DNA of 58,635 nucleotides, counting the filler, from an uncultured virus (IMG/VR IMGVR_UViG_2049941000_000260) (lineage: Duplodnaviria; Heunggongvirae; Uroviricota; Caudoviricetes). It is 11 parts of one record of this genome, joined end to end, with 100 filler letters (N's around TTAATTAATTAA, not from the genome) between each part and the next. Parts side by side here need not be neighbours in the genome. Positions count along the whole stretch, not along the records: positions 46,671 to 56,459 come from IMGVR_UViG_2049941000_000260; positions 56,560 to 58,229 come from IMGVR_UViG_2049941000_000260; positions 58,330 to 58,635 come from IMGVR_UViG_2049941000_000260; 8 more parts are not named here. The stretch is one strand, 5' to 3'. The notes below the pieces were generated by a model. The model searched no databases and was not told the origin of the DNA. It saw only the letters and a list, made by a program, of their open reading frames with translations. The first letter of the stretch is position 1. Every line of letters begins with the position of its first letter. A program made the position numbers and the translations under genes. This document shows positions 50,306 through 58,635 of the stretch, piece by piece.

Positions 50306-51863
50306 ATGCAGAAAAAGCTTCAAGTGGTGTTGTGAAAACAGTATTCGCATCATCAATAAAGAGAATCAGCGTGTATTTATGAAACTGAACAACGCTCAGA
50401 ATAAGCTCTATGCGAAATGCAAAGAGCAGATGGAGAAGAACAATCAGATTCGTTTGGTGATCATTAAGGGTCGTCAGCAGGGCATCTCAACATTCTGTAG
50501 GGCAATNNNNNNNNNNNNNNNNNNNNNNNNNNNNNNNNNNNNNNNNNNNNNNNNNNNNNNNNNNNNNNNNNNNNNNNNNNNNNNNNNNNNNNNNNNNNNN
50601 NNNNNNNNNNNNNNNNNNNNNNNNNNNNNNNNNNNNNNNNNNNNNNNNNNNNNNNNNNNNNNNNNNNNNNNNNNNNNNNNNNNNNNNNNNNNNNNNNNNN
50701 NNNNNNNNNNNNNNNNNNNNNNNNNNNNNNNNNNNNNNNNNNNGCAATTAAAAATTGATCATGGTCAAAGCGGATACTCCATATGCTTCGGTGAATGGGC
50801 TGCGACAGAGGGTCAGTCTCGTGGCGATAGGTATGACATTGTCCATCTCACTGAGGTTGATTATTATCCTGATTGGAAAAAGTTCTGGGCTGGTCTTTCG
50901 CAGTCTATCCCTAATGGCAATCGCTCGGTTGTATTGATTGAATCCACATCCTCAGGACGTAAAGCTTTGTGGGACATGTACCAACAGAGTCTGTCTAAAG
51001 ATAGTCCATTTGATTATGTGTTTATTCCATGGTATGATCAGGAAGAGTATCGTATGGAAGCACCGAAAGACTTTGAGCTGACCGACAAAGAGAAAGAACT
51101 CAAAGACAAGTTCAAACTCGATAATGATCAAATCTTTTGGTATCGTCAGAAGCGTCTTGAGTTGGGCTCGGATATCATGCTTGCACGTGAGTATCCAAAC
51201 ACTCCAGAGGAAGCATTTTCTGTTTCGAGCAATAACTCTTTCTTTGATTTCAACACCATTGAGGAAGCCATCAAACAAGAGGAGGTTCCAGACAACAGCT
51301 CACCTTTGGTGCTTGGTATTGACCCATCACGCATGAGAGACAAGACTGCCCTTGTATGGCGTAAAGGTCGTAATATTGCTAAGGTAGAAAATCTTGAACC
51401 AATGGCAGACACAATGTATTTGGCACGAGTTTTGTACAATAAGATTGCCGAGAAGCGACCAAACTTTGTGTATGTCGATGTTGGGGGCTTAGGTTGCGGT
51501 GTCTACGATCGGCTCAGAGAGATGGGTGTCATGGGATTAAACCCTGTAAACTTTGGTGAAGCTCCAGATGACAAGAACAAATACTTTAATCGCCGTGCAG
51601 AAATGTATGGACGCGCTAAGGAGTGGTTGGCAAATAAGCCAGTTCATATTGTGGACGATCAGGAATTCATTAACCAGCTGTTGATGATAGAACTTGATCC
51701 GACATCATCTAAGGTTCAGTTGGTTTCAAAAAGTAGGATGTTGTACTCACCAGACATTGCCGATGCATTTGCAATGACATTCTATGAGAACAACAGCCAA
51801 TACTTTCAAGACANNNNNNNNNNTATCAATATCAAGACTGATTGGAGTCCGTTTGATTTTTAG
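50306..51863 (+). CDS. terL: terminase large subunit allele (gapped)
   Basis: Near-identical to 48329-49706. Confidence 0.9.
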
Positions 51864-52569
51864 GCTTTTTGTATTTTCTTCGAAATAGGTTATGTCGTGC
51901 ACAAAGTGCGCCCCAGTCGATAATGCCATACAAATAATTTTGACAAAACTTTTTGTAGGTTTCATCAATTCCCCAAGCTCGAAAATAATACATTTCCTCC
52001 TGTTTCTGTAACTTAATAGATCTCCTGATTTTTTCTGCAATGTCTTGAACTTCTTTTTGATATTCTATGTCGACATTTCTGAATCCGTCATCTTCTATTT
52101 TTGTTTCATAGTCTGGTATTTCTGCAAAAATTATATGATCATATCTTGCGTCTGATTCGTATAGCCAAGTAACAATTTTACCCTCATCAAAATGCAACCC
52201 TTCAATTATTTTATCTTTAAAAAGCCAATCTTCAAACATTGGTCGATATTTCTTGGTTGCAAAAAAGTAATACAATGGGTCAAATATTGTTCTGTCGCAA
52301 AAAACGATATCATAATCGGAGTTTTTTAATTCACGCTCTGCCTCCATCTGTTTTTCTATTATGAGGTTTGTGGTTTCGATGTCTTGCTCGCCATGTATCT
52401 TGAAATTTGGATCGTTTTGTAATGTCCTTACAACCTCACCCAGAACAGTTGATTTTATCCCCATATCGTTTGCTACATATGCCAGGTGTTCAGCAAGGGT
52501 TGTTTTACCAATACCATGTGTACCTGTGATCCCTATCATTTGGGGTGGTATATTTGTTTTTTTAGCCAT
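51832..52569 (-). CDS. NadR/AAA_28-like P-loop nucleoside/nucleotide kinase
   Basis: GTHGIGKTT Walker A, CDRT, EDDGFR. Confidence 0.8.
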   Translation of the reverse strand: MAKKTNIPPQMIGITGTHGIGKTTLAEHLAYVANDMGIKSTVLGEVVRTLQNDPNFKIHGEQDIETTNLIIEKQMEAERELKNSDYDIVFCDRTIFDPLYYFFATKKYRPMFEDWLFKDKIIEGLHFDEGKIVTWLYESDARYDHIIFAEIPDYETKIEDDGFRNVDIEYQKEVQDIAEKIRRSIKLQKQEEMYYFRAWGIDETYKKFCQNYLYGIIDWGALCARHNLFRRKYKKPKNQTDSNQS

Positions 52570-52594
52570 TTTTCAAAAACTTTTTTAAAATGCC

Positions 52595-52849
52595 CTAGGA
52601 TTGTTTCTGTGTGTCAAACATGAACACTTTGTAGTGTTTTTGTTTGGAATTGTTTCTAGACTCATTTAAACGCGTTTTAATAGATGCTAGTTCAATGGCT
52701 AGCTTCAGAAACCTATCCATGTCTTTTGTTTCAAAATTTGTGTCCATCTTTTCTTCTCCAAAAAAATCTTCAAACAAATGTAAAACGTATGCTCCATGTT
52801 CGCCGTCTGCAGATTTAAGTAAAAGTGCCCTAACTTCTGATTTTGTCAT
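52595..52849 (-). CDS. hypothetical protein
   Basis: ATGA-coupled to the upstream gene. Confidence 0.55.
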   Translation of the reverse strand: MTKSEVRALLLKSADGEHGAYVLHLFEDFFGEEKMDTNFETKDMDRFLKLAIELASIKTRLNESRNNSKQKHYKVFMFDTQKQS

Positions 52850-53196
52850 GCTGTTTCTCCGTAGATTAGTTCGTTTATGTAGTCGCGGTTTATGCAAACA
52901 TATTCTCTATCGTTTTCTTTGTGTAAAACAATGAAACCATTTTCTTTTAGCCAGTTTTTTGTGTTAAGTACATCTTCACGATTGAAGTAATACCTTTGTA
53001 CAAAAAGCTCTAATGGGCATTGTGTTGGCTCAAATTTGTTGCTCTCACAATCGAAATAGTACTTGCCCAAAAGTAATGCCTTCATGAAATCCCCTTTGAA
53101 CAACTTCAAAAAATTGCCATTAACAGAGACAAGCTTCGTGTTATGCATTGCCTTTTTGTTGATGTTCCTAAATTTAGTGTCCTGTTTTGTGTTCAT
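52846..53196 (-). CDS. winged-helix-like protein downstream of rep
   Basis: GDFMKALLLGKYYF...LKENGFI...YVCIN; allele at 57977-58212. Confidence 0.6.
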   Translation of the reverse strand: MNTKQDTKFRNINKKAMHNTKLVSVNGNFLKLFKGDFMKALLLGKYYFDCESNKFEPTQCPLELFVQRYYFNREDVLNTKNWLKENGFIVLHKENDREYVCINRDYINELIYGETA

Positions 53197-53205
53197 GTTG
53201 TTTTC

Positions 53206-54552
53206 CTATGCAAACAAAAGATAAAAAGGGTTTCTTGGGTTTTTATAAAACCATTTACGAACATCTTCAATCTTGCTCTCAGAAGGCAAACCTATCTTGT
53301 GACTATACTTCAATAACCAACCCCAAATGTCGCTCGGAAGTTTTTTATCAAACGGTATGTAGTCTTCAAGTTCTAACGTAGGACGTTCGCCTGTTTCTTC
53401 TTCGTATTTGTCTTTCCAGTTTATGTAACCTTGTCGCCCCATCATTGTAACGCACGCAATTTGTGTTATCAGGGAGTCCTCTTTCGATTTAACCTGTTTA
53501 ATTACGTTTTCTACGGCATCAGAAATAAGAATTTCTTTGATTTCTTTTGGTATAAACTTCCATTCGTTGTTATATTCGTCTGGTAAAAATCTATCAAGCA
53601 GGTTTAACTTTCTTGCGATTCCTATACGACGATTAAGGTCTTTGGGTTGCTCTATCTTTTTTGAAGATATAACCTGAGTTTTTTCATGCTCTTCCCAGTA
53701 TTTTTGATTCTCAGTTTGATTATTTTGTTGTTCCTGACGTTGTTCACGCTCTGTCTTCCACTCCTCCGTCCAACGCATTTTCGACGGGTTCAAGAACGTG
53801 GACATATCCATATGGGGTCTATCAAAACCACGAGCTCTTTCTTTGGCTAAAAAAGAAACATATCTTTCATAACCCTCACCAACTTCTTTGATTTTGTTTT
53901 GGTTTTTTCCATTGTTCGTGATCTTGTTCCATTCATTTCTGGCTATTACCTTTTGAGACTTGTACTGTACATTAGACCAAAAAGACTCAAATGCATCTTC
54001 TGGTTTTTTAAACTCATCGCCGTCAGGTGATGAGGGGGACCCGTTCACGGGGGTAGCTTTTCTTTTTATATTTTCTTTTATTTCTTTTTCTATATTATTC
54101 TTTTTATACTTAACCGTAGGGTTAATAGGGGTATTAACCGTAGGGTTAATAGGGGTATTAACATCTATTGTGTTAATAGGGGTCGTGAATATAGGTTCAT
54201 GAGGGGTCATGAAAACGCTGTTGTCATTGTTTAAGTTTGTGTATATTCTTCTCTCAACAACCTCGTTTTTTTCACCTCTAATTATTTTAACCTTTATCCA
54301 TCCTGCGTCTTCTAATTCAGAAAGCCATCTTGGTATAGAATTTGGGTGAACCCCATTAAGTTCTTCCATTGCTAGATACTTGTTTGAAGCATAACAATAC
54401 CCTTTTTCGTGCTGAAGTTCAAAAATAGCCATAAACAAAAACTTTGCGTTCATATTTATGTTTACATCTTTCCTCAAACGATGAGGCATTATACCAAAAC
54501 CACCTTCGCAGTTTATTCTTTTTTCTTCCGAATTATCAAAATTCGTGCTCAT
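53206..54552 (-). CDS. replication initiator (lambda O/HTH_36-like), allele A
   Basis: AKFLF...GYCYASNKYLA...WLSELEDAGWI wHTH, internal iteron-like repeats, FESFW...STFLN C-terminal domain. Confidence 0.8.
   Translation of the reverse strand: MSTNFDNSEEKRINCEGGFGIMPHRLRKDVNINMNAKFLFMAIFELQHEKGYCYASNKYLAMEELNGVHPNSIPRWLSELEDAGWIKVKIIRGEKNEVVERRIYTNLNNDNSVFMTPHEPIFTTPINTIDVNTPINPTVNTPINPTVKYKKNNIEKEIKENIKRKATPVNGSPSSPDGDEFKKPEDAFESFWSNVQYKSQKVIARNEWNKITNNGKNQNKIKEVGEGYERYVSFLAKERARGFDRPHMDMSTFLNPSKMRWTEEWKTEREQRQEQQNNQTENQKYWEEHEKTQVISSKKIEQPKDLNRRIGIARKLNLLDRFLPDEYNNEWKFIPKEIKEILISDAVENVIKQVKSKEDSLITQIACVTMMGRQGYINWKDKYEEETGERPTLELEDYIPFDKKLPSDIWGWLLKYSHKIGLPSESKIEDVRKWFYKNPRNPFYLLFA
54110..54208. 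repeat. iteron-like direct repeats within rep (putative origin)
   Basis: TTAACCGTAGGGTTAATAGGGGTA x2 exact (54110-54157) plus two degenerate copies; AT-rich tract 54060-54109 adjacent. Confidence 0.7.
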
Positions 54553-54734
54553 TTTGTGTCCTCTCTATCTTTTTTTGCAAAAAAAGCTTGCAAGTAGCTA
54601 AAAAACTTATGACTATATTCATACATTTAAGATATTTTAAAAAGGCATGGTTAATTCCATGTCTTTTAGCCTTTCTATAGATACNNNNNNNNNNTCTTAA
54701 GTTTAGTGTCCCGATTTGTGTTCATGTTGTTTTC

Positions 54735-55571
54735 CTATGCAAACAAAAGATAGAAAGGGGTTCTTGGGTTTTTGTAAAACCATTTACGAACATCTTCAAT
54801 TTTGCTCTCAGAAGGTAAACCAATTTTGTGACTATACTTCAATAACCAACCCCAAATGTCGCTCGAAAGTTTTTTATCAAACGGTATGTATTCTTCAAGT
54901 TCTAACGTAGGACGCTCACCAGTTTCTTCTTCGTATTTGTCTTTCCAGTTTACGTAACCTTGTCGCCCCAACATTGTAACGCACGCAATTTGTTTTATTA
55001 GCGAATCCTCTTTCGATTTAACCTGTTTGATTACGTTTTCTACGGCATCAGAAACAAGAATTTCTTTGATTTCTTTTGGTATAAACTTCCATTCCTTGTT
55101 ATATTCGTCGGGTAAAAACCGATCAAGTAGGTTTAATTTTCTTGCGATTCCTATACGACGCTCAAGGTCTTTTGGTTGTTTGATTTGAGTTGTAGTCTCT
55201 TTTTTTGCAGGCTCTTCCTCAACAAACTCCCACGGCTCCAACCATAACTTGTTTTCGAAGTTCAAGAACGTCGCTGGGTCTTTCGGACGTCTATTGAAGT
55301 TATTGGCTTTGTTTTTTGCTAAAAAAGAAAGATATCTTTTGTAGCCTTCTACAACCTCATTTACTTTTTCTTCACTCTTACAATTATTCGTAATTCTGAA
55401 GAAAAGCTTTTTAGCTTTTTCTTTACCTACTTTGTTTTGAACTAATACCCAAAATCTATTTTCAAAAACTTCTTCAGCCAAACGCAACTCATCGACTTTA
55501 GGAGATGAGGGGGACCCGCTTGCGGGGATGTTTTTTTCTGTTTCCAAACTTCTTTTTGTATTTTCTTTATT
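54735..55571 (-). CDS. replication initiator allele B, C-terminal part
   Basis: FW...NKVGKEKA...DPATFLN; final region near-identical to allele A. Confidence 0.75.
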   Translation of the reverse strand, partial: NKENTKRSLETEKNIPASGSPSSPKVDELRLAEEVFENRFWVLVQNKVGKEKAKKLFFRITNNCKSEEKVNEVVEGYKRYLSFLAKNKANNFNRRPKDPATFLNFENKLWLEPWEFVEEEPAKKETTTQIKQPKDLERRIGIARKLNLLDRFLPDEYNKEWKFIPKEIKEILVSDAVENVIKQVKSKEDSLIKQIACVTMLGRQGYVNWKDKYEEETGERPTLELEEYIPFDKKLSSDIWGWLLKYSHKIGLPSESKIEDVRKWFYKNPRTPFYLLFA

Positions 55572-55581
55572 NNNNNNNNNN

Positions 55582-55755
55582 GAAATATACATACCTGGTT
55601 AGCATACCAGCCCTATTTAAATCATTTCCACAAACATCAACCAACGGCGAGTTAATGATAATTTTGTTCTCACTGATGATGTCATCAACGAAAATCATGT
55701 CTTCCATTGAAAGATTTTCTATTTTTTCTTCCGAATTCTCAAAATTCGTGCTCAT
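55582..55755 (-). CDS. replication initiator allele, different N-terminus
   Basis: Same upstream DNA and first residues (MSTNFxNSEEK) as allele A, then unrelated sequence. Confidence 0.65.
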
Positions 55756-56003
55756 TTTGTGTCCCCTCTATCTTTTTTTGCAAAAAAAGCTTGCAAGTAG
55801 CTAAAAAATTTATGAATCTATTCATATAGATTTTTTTGTAAAGACACAGCTTCATTGTTNNNNNNNNNNCTTGGCAAAAACTTTCTTCTTTGTCGAGAAT
55901 AAAATCTTTTGACATTGTTTCCATTTCTTTGTTTAATTGTATTAACATAGTAATTAGATTATTGAATGTTCATGCTAGGGGGCTTAAAAAACCCCCTTTG
56001 TTT

Positions 56004-56100
56004 TTATAGCAAGTCTTGCTGTTCTGGTTCTTCTTTGACTTCATTTACTTTTGACCAACCTTCGGGTAATACATCTGGCATTTTTGACGTCGGTTCCGTC
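56004..56100 (-). CDS. recT: RecT C-terminus (allele)
   Basis: LPEGWSKVNEVKEEPEQQDLL*. Confidence 0.75.
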
Positions 56101-56110
56101 NNNNNNNNNN

Positions 56111-56459
56111 TTGACAAATATTACCGCTCAAGGTGATATGATTGTTGGTGATGCTGGAGGTGCTGCAAGTACATTGGCAAAAGGAGCTGATAACCAAGTT
56201 TTAAGAATGGATGGTGATGACCCACAATGGGAAACACTAGGTACAATGGCTGATCAGAACGCAAATAACGTAGCAATTACTGGTGGTACTATTTCTGGTT
56301 TAGCTGATCCATTAGCTATTGCTGATGGTGGTACTGGTCAAGATACTCAAGTAGCCGCATTTGATGCGCTTAGTCCTTTAACAGCTCAAGGTGATGTTTT
56401 AACGCATGATGGCACGAATAATGTACGTTTGGCTCGTGGTGGTGCAGGAAAATATCTTA
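56111..56459 (+). CDS. tail fibre shaft fragment (allele)
   Basis: Homologous to 43474-43822. Confidence 0.8.
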
Positions 56460-56584
56460 NNNNNNNNNNNNNNNNNNNNNNNNNNNNNNNNNNNNNNNNN
56501 NNNTTAATTAATTAANNNNNNNNNNNNNNNNNNNNNNNNNNNNNNNNNNNNNNNNNNNNAGAATAACCTGCATTTTCTAATTCT

Positions 56585-56707
56585 TTAGCAAGTGTAATCA
56601 TTTTGTTCTTCTATGTTTAATTGTTCAAAAAACTCTATCATATCACTTAATTTTGAGTGTATTCGTCCCTCTTGTATGGCATCTATAGCAAAATCATAAG
56701 TACTCAT
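56585..56707 (-). CDS. 40-aa ORF homologous to the N-terminus of 21941-22420
   Basis: MSTYDFAIDAIQEGRIHSKLSDMIEFF vs MSAYSLALDCKLEGRVRTPLSELVEYY; GAGGAGG RBS. Confidence 0.5.
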   Translation of the reverse strand: MSTYDFAIDAIQEGRIHSKLSDMIEFFEQLNIEEQNDYTC

Positions 56708-56718
56708 TTTATGCCTCC

Positions 56719-57198
56719 TCATAAATCAACTATTTCTGGTTCGTTTTCCTGAACTTTCCATGCAATACCATCGCGTTCTTGTATGTTTTTTATTGAAACG
56801 TCAATTGGCTCTAGCCAATTGCAAGCTACGACCGTTAATCCGTTACTAAGTTTCGTACAAAAAACGTCATTAATGTGTTCACTACATGCAACACTTACAG
56901 TAAAATAGAATTTTTTCCCGTAATGAGTTGATACGCTTGCTTCAAAATCAAAGTAACGCATGCCAAACAATTTGTAGCTGCTGGCGTTAGATAAACACGG
57001 CAAAACAAAATGTGTTTCTACCTTGTCATCAATGTCTATGTTGCCACTTTTGACAACTTCTTTTGTACAACAATCTTCGGCGTATTCTTCAAGTATTGAA
57101 CTTACACCGCTTAATATGATTTCCTGGATGTTTTCAGGCTCTTTTTTTAGAGCATTGGCAAGTTCCGTTGTGTCCGTTATCATTTGTTTGCTTTTCAT
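56719..57198 (-). CDS. hypothetical early protein (divergent allele of 21438-21944)
   Basis: ALKKEPENI...SYKLFGMRY...STHYGK...NWLEP. Confidence 0.7.
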   Translation of the reverse strand: MKSKQMITDTTELANALKKEPENIQEIILSGVSSILEEYAEDCCTKEVVKSGNIDIDDKVETHFVLPCLSNASSYKLFGMRYFDFEASVSTHYGKKFYFTVSVACSEHINDVFCTKLSNGLTVVACNWLEPIDVSIKNIQERDGIAWKVQENEPEIVDL

Positions 57199-57976
57199 TT
57201 TTTTCTTTTCTTTCTNNNNNNNNNNNNNNNNNNNNNNNNNNNNNNNNNNNNNNNNNNNNNNNNNNNNNNNNNNNNNNNNNNNNNNNNNNNNNNNNNNNNN
57301 NNNNNNNNNNNNNNNNNNNNNNNNNNNNNNNNNNNNNNNNNNNNNNNNNNNNNNNNNNNNNNNNNNNNNNNNNNNNNNNNNNNNNNNNNNNNNNNNNNNN
57401 NNNNNNNNNNNNNNNNNNNNNNNNNNNNNNNNNNNNNNNNNNNNNNNNNNNNNNNNNNNNNNNNNNNNNNNNNNNNNNNNNNNNNNNNNNNNNNNNNNNN
57501 NNNNNNNNNNNNNNNNNNNNNNNNNNNNNNNNNNNNNNNNNNNNNNNNNNNNNNNNNNNNNNNNNNNNNNNNNNNNNNNNNNNNNNNNNNNNNNNNNNNN
57601 NNNNNNNNNNNNNNNNNNNNNNNNNNNNNNNNNNNNNNNNNNNNNNNNNNNNNNNNNNNNNNNNNNNNNNNNNNNNNNNNNNNNNNNNNNNNNNNNNNNN
57701 NNNNNNNNNNNNNNNNNNNNNNNNNNNNNNNNNNNNNNNNNNNNNNNNNNNNNNNNNNNNNNNNNNNNNNNNNNNNNNNNNNNNNNNNNNNNNNNNNNNN
57801 NNNNNNNNNNNNNNNNNNNNNNNNNNNNNNNNNNNNNNNNNNNNNNNNNNNNNNNNNNNNNNNNNNNNNNNNNNNNNNNNNNNNNNNNNNNNNNNNNNNN
57901 NNNNNNNNNNNNNNNNNNNNNNNNNNNNNNNNNNNNNNNNNNNNNNNNNNNNNNNNNNNNNNNNNNNNNNNNNNNN

Positions 57977-58212
57977 TTTTCTTGATGTAAAACAATGAAA
58001 CCATTTTCTTTGAGCCAGTTTTTTGTGTTAAGAACATCTTCGCGATTGAAGTAGTACCTTTGTACAAAAAGCTCTAATGTGCATTGTGTTGGCTCAAAAT
58101 TGTTGCATTCACATTCGAAATAGTACTTACCCAAAAGCAGTGCTTTCATGAAGTCACCTTTGAACAGCTTCAAAAAGTTGCCATTAACAGAGACGAGCTT
58201 CGTGTTGTGCAT
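57977..58212 (-). CDS. wHTH-like protein allele fragment
   Basis: Near-identical to 52846-53196. Confidence 0.6.
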
Positions 58213-58329
58213 GATCTTTTTGTTTCTGTNNNNNNNNNNNNNNNNNNNNNNNNNNNNNNNNNNNNNNNNNNNNTTAATTAATTAANNNNNNNNNNNNNNN
58301 NNNNNNNNNNNNNNNNNNNNNNNNNNNNN

Positions 58330-58635
58330 GGTTTTTAAAAATTACGACGAAGAAATTGGGAAAGATTTAATAAAAGAAGCTAAACGTATTGGAAACCCTT
58401 GCGCTTATGTGTGCGCAAAACACGGACTGAACGATAAGCTTTTTTCTGCATGGTTGGGTAATGGCTACGATGGCCAATATAAGCAGGAACATTTTTGCGA
58501 GTGTTACGAAAAATTCAGAAAACTACGTAAGGATTTCTTGGACAATTACGCAATGTCTGGAAAAATGAATAGAGATTTGTGGTCCTGTCTACAATGGTCT
58601 CAATTGAACGAAAAAGTAAATCCACCAAAAGAAAT
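58330..58635 (+). CDS. putative terminase small subunit allele (partial)
   Basis: Near-identical to 20863-21300. Confidence 0.5.

Noticed and set aside
54110..54208. CRISPR array
   Set aside because: The repeats are head-to-tail without unique spacers and lie in frame within rep; no cas genes are present.
1..58635. tRNA or rRNA genes; assignment of a host taxon
   Set aside because: No cloverleaf or rRNA-like sequence was recognised by eye, and no host chromosomal genes are present to support a taxonomic call.

Overview
This is not one contiguous locus. It is a concatenation of short scaffolds joined by N-TTAATTAATTAA-N spacers. Many 10-N gaps join fragments that are not adjacent, so ORFs in the track that cross an N-run are often chimeras. 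The fragments come from at least three closely related, AT-rich, short-tailed (BPP-1/T7-architecture) phages, since several gene segments occur in three distinct copies. Structural and packaging genes: portal, Bbp19-like protein, scaffold, major capsid, decoration protein, tail tubular A/B, internal virion proteins, tail fibre plus assembly protein, and TerL/TerS. Replication and recombination genes: RecT, an SSB-like protein, an iteron-containing replication initiator and a serine resolvase. Accessory genes: a C5 DNA methyltransferase, a partial adenine methyltransferase, an HNH nuclease, a sigma-like factor, an LpxD-like acyltransferase, PnuC-like and NadR-like proteins, and two alternative YoeB toxin-antitoxin cassettes. 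Structural genes are nearly identical between copies, while replicon, resolvase/res, TA and receptor-binding parts are swapped or strongly diverged. Together with the absence of a recognisable integrase, this suggests a family of phage-plasmids (inference). The most notable non-coding signals are a recurrent AGGACAC motif before start codons, a conserved small antisense transcription unit upstream of rep, a bipartite palindromic operator, and a hairpin with compensatory changes before terL. All product names come from motif recognition by eye, not database searches.
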